From assembly GCA_037310415.1 (NCBI GenBank), contig CP147780.1, positions 2,304,001 through 2,368,000 on the forward strand: a stretch of DNA of 64,000 nucleotides, written 5' to 3'. Below the pieces are notes generated by a model. That model was not told the DNA's origin, searched no databases, and saw only the letters and a program-made list of their open reading frames with translations. Source of the DNA: Candidatus Atabeyarchaeum deiterrae (lineage in GTDB: Archaea > Asgardarchaeota > Atabeyarchaeia > Atabeyarchaeales > Atabeyarchaeaceae). Shown one piece after another: positions 1 through 10,306 of the stretch. Within the stretch, counting starts at the first letter, position 1; each line of letters starts with the position of its first letter. The position numbers were made by a program, and so were the translations under genes.

Positions 1-875
1 TTCTCGAATCCTGTTTTCCGGAAATAATCACGGATTCCTGCTACTAGGGCTTTGAATACCTCTTGCTCTCTGTCATATGGGTGCGGTTCGACGCTCTCTC
101 CTGATCCTTTCTCTAGGTTTAGATCGGTGATGATCAAGTCTTCTTCGAATTGCTTCCCCACGGCTATCAACTTGCCTGATCTGTCTACAGCTAGACTTTG
201 ACCATCAAAGACAAGCTCATCTTGTCCTCCGACCAAGTTCACATAGAATATCGGAATTCGGTTTTGAGATGATTTTATACTTAGCAGCTTCTCTCTTACG
301 AATCTTTTTCCAGCATAGAATGGCGAGGCTGAGATATTCACAATTAGATTTGCCCCTCTTCCTGCCAAAATCTCTGTGACTTTCACTTCATAGGTCTCGT
401 CCCAGAGGTCCTCGCATATCTCGACACCTAGCTTGCATATGTTTCCGTTCATCATGATTTCCACAGGTTGCACTTCTTCTTGTTTTTCCGGCTTGAAGTA
501 CCTGTCCTCGTCGAAGACATCGTATGTAGGCAAGAGAGTTTTGTGAATAATCTTTGCCAATTTGTTGTTCTTGAAAATGGCTGCTGCGTTGAACAGTTTT
601 TCTCCTTCATAGTCGACGAAGCCAATCACTCCAGCAATATCCTTCTCATTCTCCTCGATTAGTCTCAGAGCTAGTTCCTTGTTTGCTTTCACGAATGCAT
701 TTTCCAGCAATAGGTCTTGAGGTGGATACCCTGTGGTCGATAACTCCGGAAAAGCCACCAAGTCAGCTCCACGCCTACTCGCTTCAATCAGGAAGTCCCT
801 TATCTTTTTTCCATTTCCTGGCAAGTCTCCGACAGTCGGATTTGTTTGAGCCATAGCGATTCTCAAGCTGGACAA
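1..875 (-). CDS. nadE: Glutamine-dependent NAD+ synthetase, N-terminal nitrilase domain; gene continues off the left edge
   Basis: Manual translation from TTG at 875 (SD-like AAGGAGG upstream): MSSLRIAMAQTNPTVGD...FPELSTTGYPPQDLL...KTLLPTYDVFDEDRYF...EICEDLW...SASPF...NLVGGQDELVFDG...GIRDYFRKTGF. Not in the ORF track because no stop lies in the window. Confidence 0.9.
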   Translation of the reverse strand, partial: MSSLRIAMAQTNPTVGDLPGNGKKIRDFLIEASRRGADLVAFPELSTTGYPPQDLLLENAFVKANKELALRLIEENEKDIAGVIGFVDYEGEKLFNAAAIFKNNKLAKIIHKTLLPTYDVFDEDRYFKPEKQEEVQPVEIMMNGNICKLGVEICEDLWDETYEVKVTEILAGRGANLIVNISASPFYAGKRFVREKLLSIKSSQNRIPIFYVNLVGGQDELVFDGQSLAVDRSGKLIAVGKQFEEDLIITDLNLEKGSGESVEPHPYDREQEVFKALVAGIRDYFRKTGFE

Positions 876-903
876 GTTCCGAACCTCCTTGTTAGAACGC
901 AGA

Positions 904-1374
904 TTACAGCAATCGATAGTCTTCTTTTACCGTTGTCAAGACAACGTGAGTGTTTGATCTTTCTATGAAGGGAAGGGCAAGCACCGTCTTCGTAAAGTTA
1001 CTGAGTTCAGCCCTATTCCTGAACTTGGCAATGACCATTGCATCAGTCACACCTGTCACGTCGTAGACTCCACAGACGTTGGGTATCCTTGCGATTTCTT
1101 TCTCCATCTCAAGTAGTTTCCCTTTTGAGACGGTTATCTCGGATATGACGGTCAATTCATACCCAAGCTTTTCCTGGTCCAATACTGCGGTGTAGCCTTT
1201 GATAATCTTCTCTTGCTCCATTGCCTTGATCCTCGTGATCACCGTTGCAGTTGACACGCCGATTCTTTGTGCGATCTGTCTGCTTGATAGTCTGGCATAT
1301 GAAATGAGCACTTTCAGGATTTCCACGTCGGTTTGACTTATCTGCTTCGATGAGTGTTCGTTCTTCAAATCCAT
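904..1374 (-). CDS. Lrp/AsnC family transcriptional regulator
   Basis: N-terminal HTH (ARLSSRQIAQRIGVSTATVITRIKAME), IIKGYTAVLD linker, RAM domain (VYDVTG). Confidence 0.93.
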   Translation of the reverse strand: MDLKNEHSSKQISQTDVEILKVLISYARLSSRQIAQRIGVSTATVITRIKAMEQEKIIKGYTAVLDQEKLGYELTVISEITVSKGKLLEMEKEIARIPNVCGVYDVTGVTDAMVIAKFRNRAELSNFTKTVLALPFIERSNTHVVLTTVKEDYRLL

Positions 1375-1547
1375 TCACCACTGGACCAGATCTGTGAACA
1401 CATGTAAGAATTCGCGTCGGGAATATTTATGCGTTTTCGACCATAGTGAAGTTCTTATGTCGCACTCGTTAAGTAAAGGGAAGAGTGGGAATTAACGCTT
1501 GACGGGTCAAGAAAAGAAGAATCACATGTTGAGGGTGTGTGTTAATC

Positions 1548-2387
1548 ATGGCGATCCTAGTGGCAAAAGCAGATGGATCCAAACAACTTTTCGAGAAGGG
1601 GAAGATCATAAGCACTTGCCTCAAGATGGGAGCCAACATGGAAACCGCGGATGCTATAGCTCGCAAGATCGAGAACAAAGTCTATGACGGCATCCAATCG
1701 AGAAAGATCTTCACCATGATCTCCAGAGAATTGGGTAGATACATGCCGACTGTCAGGCATCTGACTGATCTTCGTAGGGCACTATCCCTAATGAAGCCAA
1801 AGCCAGACTTCGAGAAGTTCATCCAGCTCGTGTTCATTGAGCACGGCTACGAAGTCACTCCTAATCCGATAATAAGAGGGAAATGCGTCGAGCATGAATT
1901 GGATGCAATGGCAAGGAAGAATGGGAAAACGCTCATCATTGAGGTGAAACATCATTACAACCGCCACATACTGACTGGACTCGACGTGACACGCATCGCT
2001 AGAGCGATTTTCGAGGATATAAGTGAGGGATACACCCTCGGCTTGAATTCCGTGAATCCTGAAAGGGCTCTAGTGGTTTCCAACACGAAATTCTCGGATC
2101 ACGCCAATCGTTATGCACAATGCAGAGGAATCGAGAATTTAGGATGGAACACCCCGACCGGGCGCGGCTTGGAGAAAATGATAGAGGATAAGCAGTTATT
2201 TCCACTGACATACTTAAGAAACTTGGATCCAATGGTGAGAAATAGGATCATGGGTCACGGAATAATCCTCTTGAAGCAATTAGTATCATGTGATTTGGAT
2301 GAGCTAAGTGGTAAGATGAGGATTCCAAAGAACAGGTTGGCATCCACCTTTGAGATAGCCAAGATGATCCTTTTTGGCAAAGATTGA
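1548..2387 (+). CDS. ATP-cone domain plus Mrr-like PD-(D/E)XK nuclease domain protein
   Basis: N-terminal ILVAKADGSKQLFEKGKI (ATP-cone pattern); FEKFI...HELD...IIEVKHH nuclease motif. Start taken at ATG 1548. Confidence 0.8.
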   Translation: MAILVAKADGSKQLFEKGKIISTCLKMGANMETADAIARKIENKVYDGIQSRKIFTMISRELGRYMPTVRHLTDLRRALSLMKPKPDFEKFIQLVFIEHGYEVTPNPIIRGKCVEHELDAMARKNGKTLIIEVKHHYNRHILTGLDVTRIARAIFEDISEGYTLGLNSVNPERALVVSNTKFSDHANRYAQCRGIENLGWNTPTGRGLEKMIEDKQLFPLTYLRNLDPMVRNRIMGHGIILLKQLVSCDLDELSGKMRIPKNRLASTFEIAKMILFGKD

Positions 2388-2533
2388 CCTTGCGAAGTTC
2401 CTGCACTCGGACTTGAATGATGTAGAATCTGTATGTAAGATGTAAAAAGATATAGGGTACAATGCGATTTGTTTATCTCTGTATCCTAAAGTGAACCGTT
2501 TCACACAAGAATTGAATTTGGTGGGATTGAAAG

Positions 2534-3202
2534 TTGAGTGAGCAGCTTCTGACTTGGTTCACAAAAAGACGCGAAAGTTTGATTCTCAAGATGCTCAAGG
2601 AGAACGCTGAGCGAGCTGTTCTGGTGGCTTCTGAATTCAATGAAGCCGTGAATAGCAAAGCGAGAGGACAAGTAGGACGTCATGCGGATGTTCTACATAA
2701 GTACGACGACGAAGCGGATAGGGCAAGGAAGAAGATAGAGGGAGAACTTACTAAGGGGGACCTGCCTCCGAAAATCAGGGAGGATCTGCTTCATCTGACA
2801 AGGAGAATGGATTCCACAATGTTTCATTGCAAGGATGCGTCTAAGGATTTGGAGATCTTAACGCAGGGCCCAGTGAGGACCCCTGAGGGGCTTTGGTCGC
2901 TCTATAAGAAAATGAGCGCCAAGCTACTTGAATGCGTCAAAGCCATGAGAAATATCATTCTCTCGTTAATTCAAGCGAAGATGGAAGAGACTGAGCAATG
3001 GATCGATCAGGTTGAGAAACTTGAACACGATGTCGACGTGCTTTATAGTAGTACTCAGCTGGAGTTTATGAAATACGACAAAGTTATCCCTACTTCCGTA
3101 TTCTTGACACTCTACGACCTCTTGAAGGAAATAGAGGAGGCAGCTGATAGCTGCGAATATACGGCTGATCAGGCTAGGATGATACTCATAAGAGGTTTGT
3201 AG
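2534..3202 (+). CDS. DUF47/PhoU-like phosphate transport regulator
   Basis: Two helical repeats with DDEADRARKKIE...REDL and LEHDVD...IEEAADSCE motifs. Confidence 0.85.
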   Translation: MSEQLLTWFTKRRESLILKMLKENAERAVLVASEFNEAVNSKARGQVGRHADVLHKYDDEADRARKKIEGELTKGDLPPKIREDLLHLTRRMDSTMFHCKDASKDLEILTQGPVRTPEGLWSLYKKMSAKLLECVKAMRNIILSLIQAKMEETEQWIDQVEKLEHDVDVLYSSTQLEFMKYDKVIPTSVFLTLYDLLKEIEEAADSCEYTADQARMILIRGL

Positions 3203-3498
3203 AAGACTCGCAAATCTGTCAGAGAGAACCTTTGAGGCGACTGAAATAGCCAATGGCGCAACTCCATGGAAGGGCTCGAACAAGCGGAACTGCTGAGGTA
3301 GCTCATTCACGCTAATATATGCAGTCTCTCTGCAAGTGCTTTGAGAGACTCGTAACAGAATCGCTTGGCGATTGAGTGGTTTCCCGCATATGCTACAGAA
3401 TTGCCAATAAGGTCCATGTTATTGATGGCTGCTGACGAGAGATTTAAATAAGTGTTGTGAACCTTGAGTTGACTGAATGCGTTCCTGCATGAGGGGGA

Positions 3499-4200
3499 AT
3501 GATGAGCACAGACCTATCCATTGGTAACGCAGAAGAGGACAGCAGATGCAAGATTCACAACGTATACATTGCGGTTGATGGAGTTGTTGTCTTCCACAGA
3601 GTGTACGGTAGCATCGAGAAGGATCCTGTGCTTGTTAGCAGCTTCCTTGGCGCAATAGCTTCTCTGTCACGCGAGGTAACTGATTATGGCATCTTGAAAT
3701 CAATTGAAATTCCTCCCATGAAGATCGGTGCCACGCAAATTATGGATAGCCCCCAAGTTCTAGTCGCCATAGCCTCAAGCATGGATTTCCCTGAATTCGC
3801 CATGAGCAGGATCTTGGGCAACATAGGTGAGCTATTTCTCCAGAAGTATGCAGACAAGATAACCGTGGTTGGCGTGAGGGACCTTAGCGACTCTCTGAAG
3901 GACGATGTCCACAAAGCGATCATGACTGGAATCAAGGAGGCAACATTACCTTATGACCCTTCTAATAGGAATCACAGAATTCAGTCTTTACTGAAGAATA
4001 TCACCTCCCCAAGCTATTCATGCCCTTTTTATGATGCCAACTTGAGAGGTAAATGCAAGTTAGATCCAAGGACTTTTCGAGTTGCTGATTGTGAAGGTGT
4101 TGCTTTCTCGAAGGGATTACCATGCGCCCTTGCGACTCACGAGAGCATCGTGGAAGAAGCTCGCAAGATGAGAAGGAAAGCTGGGGACAGGGCATCTTGA
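3499..4200 (+). CDS. Longin-like domain protein with Cys-rich C-terminus
   Basis: IHNVYIAVDGVVVFHRVY..DPVLVSSFLGAIASLSREV..LKSIEI..F..KY matches the Asgard longin-like pattern; C-terminal CPFY..C..C..C. Confidence 0.6.
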   Translation: MMSTDLSIGNAEEDSRCKIHNVYIAVDGVVVFHRVYGSIEKDPVLVSSFLGAIASLSREVTDYGILKSIEIPPMKIGATQIMDSPQVLVAIASSMDFPEFAMSRILGNIGELFLQKYADKITVVGVRDLSDSLKDDVHKAIMTGIKEATLPYDPSNRNHRIQSLLKNITSPSYSCPFYDANLRGKCKLDPRTFRVADCEGVAFSKGLPCALATHESIVEEARKMRRKAGDRAS

Positions 4201-4208
4201 CATGGTCC

Positions 4209-5099
4209 TCAGCTAATCTTTAGTAGCCGCTTGGCATTCTTGTACAGAATTTTCTCTTTGTTTTCTGGCTTCAGCTCCAATTGGTCCAGCTCAGCTAGTA
4301 TTCTTTTTCTAGTCACCAAAGGATAGTCTGATCCAAAGAGGGCTTTGTCTGAAAGCCGGCTATTCATGTAGTGCACCACAATTTGCGGTATGTACTTCGG
4401 TGCCCAGCCAGCAATATTGAAGTAGACATTTCTGTGTCTTTCACAGATTGCTATCGTCTCTTCATACCATGGCCATCCAAAGTGTGCGATGATGATCTTC
4501 AGGTTCGGAAAGTCAACGGCGACATCATCTATGTAGATTGGTCGGCAATACTTCAGTCTTGTTCCAGTATGGAATTGGGTTCCAGCATGGAAAAGTACGG
4601 GAACGTCCAACTGTTGAGCCTTCTCGTAGAGAGGGTAAATGACCTTCTCGTTCGGGTTGAGTTCTATAAGATGGGGGAGCAGCTTCAATCCCTTGAAGCC
4701 GAGTTCCTTCACAGCTCGTTCAAATTCTTTTACTGCAATTACCCCTTTGTTTGGGTCCGCGCCGGCGAAGCCAATTAACCGTTCAGGGTATCTGCTTACA
4801 ATAGCGGCAACCATTTCGTTTGAGGTCTTGAAGCCAAAACGTGTTTCAGCGTCGATCGCAACTATCACAGACTTTGATACTCCAGCGTCGTCCATGTCTT
4901 TTATCATGGTGTCTAAGGAAGGAGACAGCGGAGCTGACTTGAATATGTCAGCATAACCAATACCCTTCTTCTGGGATTCGAAGAACAATTTCATCGATTC
5001 GGGATCTGGAGGTAGTTGGGAGTGACTGTCAATTATCTCCAAGGGTAACCTCACCTCTCGTGACTGCTCATTACTCAGCTGCCAGGTTTTCTCCTCCAT
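4209..5099 (-). CDS. Amidohydrolase family 2 protein
   Basis: IIDSHSQ, GFKGLKLLP, PVLFHAG, IIIAHFGWP, LFGSDYP motifs. Confidence 0.9.
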   Translation of the reverse strand: MEEKTWQLSNEQSREVRLPLEIIDSHSQLPPDPESMKLFFESQKKGIGYADIFKSAPLSPSLDTMIKDMDDAGVSKSVIVAIDAETRFGFKTSNEMVAAIVSRYPERLIGFAGADPNKGVIAVKEFERAVKELGFKGLKLLPHLIELNPNEKVIYPLYEKAQQLDVPVLFHAGTQFHTGTRLKYCRPIYIDDVAVDFPNLKIIIAHFGWPWYEETIAICERHRNVYFNIAGWAPKYIPQIVVHYMNSRLSDKALFGSDYPLVTRKRILAELDQLELKPENKEKILYKNAKRLLKIS

Positions 5100-5358
5100 G
5101 CCGTCTGTCCTTGATTAACGACCCGCCTAGTCCCTACACATTGATTGATTTCATCCATCCTAATAAGTCAAGGGGTTCTCCAAGTCCAGCACTTTCAGGC
5201 AACGTGAATTCACAAGTCTTTTTAGTGACTTCAAAGAGATTCAATCGGCAACAAATGTCGCGAACAAGGGGTTTTGCTGCTCAACAGCCGCTTCTTGTAG
5301 TCCTGTAAGCGACACTAAAGAAAATCCACTCGATCATGCCATGAGGTGATCACTTATC

Positions 5359-6231
5359 ATGATTGTAGGTACTGAAGTCGGTAGCCTAGCTGATGTCGTG
5401 GAAACCATTCAAGCAGACAAAGGAGACAAAGTAGAGACCAGTTTTGAGTCTCTCCGTTTGACCAAGCATGCTAGGAAGTTAGCACACGCAGGCTTTCGGC
5501 ACATTGAACTGGCACTTGACACAAGGTTCACAGTGCCAGGATCTGCAGATAACGGCGTTATCCATGAACTACTTGAATTGAGAAGAGCTAAAGGAATCTC
5601 ATACTCAGTTCACCTGCCAATCTATGATACAAGTTTCATGAGTCTGAATGAACGGATTAGGAAAGCAACCTTGGAATGCCTGAAAGAAGTGATTGTGGCA
5701 ACAGAGCCCCTCGAGATAACTGGCTACATTCTTCACCCGACTCGCTACGTTGAAAATGAGATAGCTAGCTTACCCTTTGCGGCTTCAACCAAAAGAAAAA
5801 TCTACAACTATATCCTAGGAATTGGTGGACTAGGGCTCTCTGAATTGATCGATGCCGCTGGCGACCCTATGAAGATTCTTCTTGAACCCGATTGCGCCAT
5901 TCCCTTCGATGCAATCATCGATCCGCTAGTTCAGAAATACGATGTTGGCATTTGCTTTGATTATGGACATCATGTTATGTTCAAAATGAACCCATACAAG
6001 TTCTTCGACGAACGCAAAGACAGGGTTAAGGAGATTCATTTCCATGACGTGCAGGTCCAGTATAAGATAGACCATCTGCCACTCGGAGCAGGAACAACAG
6101 AATGGGTTCAGTTCATCAGACATATAACAAGGAAAAACGGGTTCGATGGAGTTCTACTCCTCGAGATGATGCAGTCAGCCGCGATCATGTCGTTGCCAAA
6201 GCTACTTAGTGTACTGGAAAAGCAGAGATAG
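5359..6231 (+). CDS. Sugar-phosphate isomerase/epimerase, AP endonuclease 2 TIM-barrel protein (possibly CbiR-like)
   Basis: YSVHLP, YILH, CFDYGH, IHFHD, DHLPLG.G, LLE metal-binding pattern. Confidence 0.7.
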   Translation: MIVGTEVGSLADVVETIQADKGDKVETSFESLRLTKHARKLAHAGFRHIELALDTRFTVPGSADNGVIHELLELRRAKGISYSVHLPIYDTSFMSLNERIRKATLECLKEVIVATEPLEITGYILHPTRYVENEIASLPFAASTKRKIYNYILGIGGLGLSELIDAAGDPMKILLEPDCAIPFDAIIDPLVQKYDVGICFDYGHHVMFKMNPYKFFDERKDRVKEIHFHDVQVQYKIDHLPLGAGTTEWVQFIRHITRKNGFDGVLLLEMMQSAAIMSLPKLLSVLEKQR

Positions 6232-6250
6232 GAGAAACTGCTTCTTTTGT

Positions 6251-7315
6251 TCATCCTTCGTTGAGATAGGATCTATACTCTTTCATTACTTCCCCGAGTT
6301 TGGGCGAGTCGAATATCTTTGAGTGTGTGAACTCGTTTGCTGCTGATGTGTACATGTTCCTGATAATCTTCTTCAGCTCTGGGTCCATCTTTCCAGGGTT
6401 GGACTTGCATAGTTCTTTCCAGTCTTCGATACCCTTTGATCCAGCTTCTCTCTTTGCTTCTTCAAGATCCTTGTACCACTCGGTTTTCTTGTAGAACTGT
6501 CTTGCCACCTCTTTGCTCACGTTGGATCCTTGGTAGGTGAACCTGCACTCGTCCAATGTGCCGACGACATCAACAATAATCATCTGTCTCTTCGGGTTGA
6601 ATGCTAACTCGATTTTCCCATCTTCATTCTTGAGTTTAGCTTTTGAAGCGATGCTTGTAATCAGTTTGTCAACTTCCAGCAGTATGTCTTTGATCTCGTT
6701 TGTTTCATCATCTGTCAATCTCACGAGTTCTTGCGCTTCTCTCCACGTAAGATAGCGGTCTCCTTTCTCAAGTTTCGTACTCGGATCAAAATAGGGCTTC
6801 TTGAGTTGCTCGCCAGGTTTCGGATTGTGATCCAGCCCTAAGTCTTCAGGTCTCAGAATACCTTGATCAAGGCGTTTGAATATGGATGAGCCTTCAGGTA
6901 GTCCGTTTCTATATACAATCTCGAGCGGTATTAGGAAGTTTGTGAGCTCTTGCGTGTACACGCTATAATCGTATTTCAGTTCGCCTTTTTCAGCAACATA
7001 AGGTTTCGGTCTAATGACATTCACTAGGTCAACTTCCATGACATCCGTCGGTTCCTCCAGATCTTTGCTTCTGAGCCCGCTTTCGCCGTTTTGTGTTACA
7101 AGCCCCTTGTAGTGAGTTTTGATGTCAGTCTTCTTCTCCAGCTGCTCGAAACAATAAGCACCCATTATGCACAATGCTGCGCCTTTGTCCTCGATCAAAT
7201 CAGGCATTTCACCCCAATCGAAAACAGAATAACGATTTGAGAAATGGAATCTGCCTAGACCAAATTCATCCTTAGTTGGGGGGATTAAAACCTCAAGATC
7301 TTTGACACTTCCCAT
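6251..7315 (-). CDS. purC: SAICAR synthase (long archaeal type)
   Basis: MGSVKDL, FSNRYSVFDWG, IPLEIVYRN..GSS, STKLEKGD, DGKIELA, DVVGTLDECRF, SKEVARQFY. Confidence 0.92.
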   Translation of the reverse strand: MGSVKDLEVLIPPTKDEFGLGRFHFSNRYSVFDWGEMPDLIEDKGAALCIMGAYCFEQLEKKTDIKTHYKGLVTQNGESGLRSKDLEEPTDVMEVDLVNVIRPKPYVAEKGELKYDYSVYTQELTNFLIPLEIVYRNGLPEGSSIFKRLDQGILRPEDLGLDHNPKPGEQLKKPYFDPSTKLEKGDRYLTWREAQELVRLTDDETNEIKDILLEVDKLITSIASKAKLKNEDGKIELAFNPKRQMIIVDVVGTLDECRFTYQGSNVSKEVARQFYKKTEWYKDLEEAKREAGSKGIEDWKELCKSNPGKMDPELKKIIRNMYTSAANEFTHSKIFDSPKLGEVMKEYRSYLNEG

Positions 7316-7390
7316 TTTGTGTCACCACCTTGCTTACTTCCATGTTTCTGCATGATATTACGGTATCTACATAAGTAATATGATGGCTAT

Positions 7391-9085
7391 TCATCCAAGA
7401 GTTATCGGTGGTACGAGTTCGGTCGGATCTTCAGGAACGTCTATTACTGAAGGTTTACCAGAGTCCTCCGCTTCTTTCAAAGCGTCGACTATCTCACTCG
7501 GTCTCTCGACTCTTCTGCCGAAGCATCCGTATGCTTCCGCAATCTTACCATAGTCAAGCTCCTTCTTGAAGTCGACTGACATCGTGCGTCCTCCAAACAT
7601 CGCATTCTGCCCGAATTTGATGAATCCCAGACTGAAGTTGTTGTGAACAAGAACTGTGATTTGTGTATTGGTTCTAATAGCAGTGTCTAATTCTGTTAAT
7701 GACAACCCGAATCCACCATCTCCAATGAAGGACAGGACTCTCTTGTTTGGTGCAGCCATTTTCGCTCCTATGGCAGCAGGAAACCCATACCCGATTGGAG
7801 CTATGCCTCTCGGAGCCGCAAAGAATCTCCCTGCTCTCGGCATGTGATATAGCATCGCGCCCCACAGACCAGCTGTACTGGCGTCGCACACAAGGATATC
7901 GGTGTCTGAGAGGTAGCTTCTGATTTCTTTGATTATTCTATGTGGCGTGCATGGGAACTTGTCCGAGTCAGTCTTTGGCGCTAGCGAGTCAAGCCATTCC
8001 TTCCTGAGTTTCGCCAACTCACATACCCTTGGCGCTTCTCCGATCGATCTCCCTTTTTTCTCTGTTCTCTCCTTCAGCGCGATTGTAAGTGACTGGAGAG
8101 CCAGCTTGGCGTCTCCTACCAGTCTTACTTTGGTGGGGAAGGTCTTCCCTATCTGTTTGGGGTCCGCGTCTACTTGGATTATTGTTTGGTTCGCTTTTGG
8201 AATCGCGTATTTTGCGGTGTCATAGTCGGTAAGCTTACTTCCAACAACGAGAACTAGATCTGAGTCCTTCAGTGCATTGTTGGCAAACCTGCTCCCGTAC
8301 ATTCCGACTGTACCTACAGAGAGGGGATGAGACTCTGATATTATCCCTTTTCCAGTCATCGTCGTTGCAACAGGCATGACAAGGAGAGTTGACAAGGTTA
8401 GTACTTCATCGTATGCCTGCGATATGATCCCACCGCCTCCTACAAGCATTATTGGTTTCTCAGATTTCAGCAGGAGTTCCGTGGCTTCTTTGATTCTTCT
8501 TGGATCTGGGTTGACTCTACGCGAAGGGTACATTCCGCACCCTTCTCCAATGAAAAGCTTCTCCTGATCAACCGTGCCAGAAAGGATTACGTCCTCTGGA
8601 AAATCAAGGACAACGGGACCAGGTCTATCACTTGTTGCTGTTCTAAAAGCTTTTCTGACGGCATCTGGAACACCTTCGGCTTTGCTGGTTCTCAGGGCCA
8701 GCTTGGTTATACTTTTGAATATGCGAATTTGATCGCATTCATGGGTGGCGTTCCTGCCAACAAAAGCTGTTGAAATATCGCTAATTAGCGCGACCACGGG
8801 GATTGAGCTATAGTATGCCTCTGCTATACCGGTAACCATGTTAAGCGCTCCTGGACCAACTGTTCCGTCACATACGCCTGGCTTGTATGAGAACCTTGCA
8901 TACCCGTCTGCCATGAATGCACCGTTTCGCTCATCTCTTACGAGTACGTGTCTGATTTCTGGTTGGAGTTCTCGGATTCCGTCGTATATAGATAGGGTTT
9001 CTCCTCCAGGCAATCCAAACACGTACTTGACGCCATAGTCACGCAGAAGTCTTGCAACCGCTTTTCCTGCATTAACCTTCGCCAT
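7391..9085 (-). CDS. Thiamine-diphosphate enzyme, acetolactate synthase large-subunit-like
   Basis: FGLPGG, RDERNGAFMADGYAR, GPGALN, PGPVVLDFP, GDGGF..NN ThDP motif. Start likely MAKVNAG at 9085. Confidence 0.88.
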   Translation of the reverse strand: MAKVNAGKAVARLLRDYGVKYVFGLPGGETLSIYDGIRELQPEIRHVLVRDERNGAFMADGYARFSYKPGVCDGTVGPGALNMVTGIAEAYYSSIPVVALISDISTAFVGRNATHECDQIRIFKSITKLALRTSKAEGVPDAVRKAFRTATSDRPGPVVLDFPEDVILSGTVDQEKLFIGEGCGMYPSRRVNPDPRRIKEATELLLKSEKPIMLVGGGGIISQAYDEVLTLSTLLVMPVATTMTGKGIISESHPLSVGTVGMYGSRFANNALKDSDLVLVVGSKLTDYDTAKYAIPKANQTIIQVDADPKQIGKTFPTKVRLVGDAKLALQSLTIALKERTEKKGRSIGEAPRVCELAKLRKEWLDSLAPKTDSDKFPCTPHRIIKEIRSYLSDTDILVCDASTAGLWGAMLYHMPRAGRFFAAPRGIAPIGYGFPAAIGAKMAAPNKRVLSFIGDGGFGLSLTELDTAIRTNTQITVLVHNNFSLGFIKFGQNAMFGGRTMSVDFKKELDYGKIAEAYGCFGRRVERPSEIVDALKEAEDSGKPSVIDVPEDPTELVPPITLG

Positions 9086-9260
9086 GGGATAGCCACCATC
9101 GATCCACAAAGAGATTCTCATTTGAACCCATATATAAGGGCAGGAGCCAGACTACTTTAATTTCAAATCGCACGCATTGAAAGTTGGTCTTTCGAAGCTT
9201 TTTCATGTGAAGGCGACCATGGAACTGATCGCAGAGAGAAAGTAGATAGATATAAAACGA

Positions 9261-10007
9261 GTGAAGGCGTTCTGCTACGAATGGTGTCACATCTTGCCAG
9301 GCGACTCGAACGGCGGTGGCTCAAGGTTCTTCTACAGATTTCACCACTACAAGATAGACATAGTATTGATTGCAGCGCTGATGATCGTGTTCGGTTTTCT
9401 ATTTGTGGGATTGATCGGCGGCGCATTCAGAGCGATTGGATTCAGTTGGCAAGTCGCGATGATCATTCTGTTCGGGTCATTGCTTGGATCATGGATTAAC
9501 ATACCCGTAGCCAAAATTATGACTCAAAGCCAGGTCCTTCAGGCGCAGAACGTTGAATTCTTTGGGATAGTCTTTAGGGTCCCTGCAATAACGCAGGTAA
9601 GAAGACCAACGGTGATTGCAGTGAACTTGGGCGGAGCGCTAATCCCGATCATTATCTCGGTCTACCTTTTCATCACAGTTCCTTCGATTCTTGTTATGGC
9701 TCTGATTTCGATAACAGTTGTGGCATTAATCATGTATTTTGTTGCGCGCCCCATCAGAGGACTGGGAATTGCCGCGCCAGCGCTTGTTGCCCCTATCACT
9801 GCAGCATTGTGCGCCATCATACTTGCCCTGCCACCATACACGTCGTACGTAGCTTATGTTAGTGGTGTGCTGGGAACATTGATCGGAGCAGATTTCGGAC
9901 ACTTGAAAGACATATCCAAGAGCGCGCCGAAAATAGCGGCGATTGGCGGGGCAGGAACCTTTGATGGGATTTTCATATCGGGGATCCTTGCGGCAATATT
10001 GGCTTAG
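9261..10007 (+). CDS. DUF1614 family membrane protein (start uncertain)
   Basis: GSWINIPV, IAVNLGGALIP, GTLIGAD, IGGAGTFDGIFISG signature. Confidence 0.85.
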   Translation: MKAFCYEWCHILPGDSNGGGSRFFYRFHHYKIDIVLIAALMIVFGFLFVGLIGGAFRAIGFSWQVAMIILFGSLLGSWINIPVAKIMTQSQVLQAQNVEFFGIVFRVPAITQVRRPTVIAVNLGGALIPIIISVYLFITVPSILVMALISITVVALIMYFVARPIRGLGIAAPALVAPITAALCAIILALPPYTSYVAYVSGVLGTLIGADFGHLKDISKSAPKIAAIGGAGTFDGIFISGILAAILA

Positions 10008-10131
10008 AATTGAATCAAGGAACCGGCGAGTAGTCTGAAAGGACGGGCTATTGATCGCCATGCTTATTTACAATTGAGAAACAATAGATAACGTATAACC
10101 GAGAAAGAGATGAGAGGAGGAACCAAACAAT

Positions 10132-10287
10132 ATGCCGTTTGACATGAAAGACGTTCTGGTTGGCTTGATATTGATAACATTTGGAATACTATGCATCGTT
10201 ATCCCCTCGCTTATCGGATGGCTGGTCGGCATAGCATTCATAATAGTAGGGGCAGTGCGATTGTTGCCCTCCAGTGAAAAGAAGTGA
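10132..10287 (+). CDS. Small two-TM membrane protein, DUF3096-like (51 aa; missing from ORF track)
   Basis: MPFDMKDVLVGLILITFGILCIVIPSLIGWLVGIAFIIVGAVRLLPSSEKK, with GAGGAGG SD upstream. Confidence 0.7.
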   Translation: MPFDMKDVLVGLILITFGILCIVIPSLIGWLVGIAFIIVGAVRLLPSSEKK

Positions 10288-10306
10288 CTCTTTGACGTGG
10301 TTCTTG

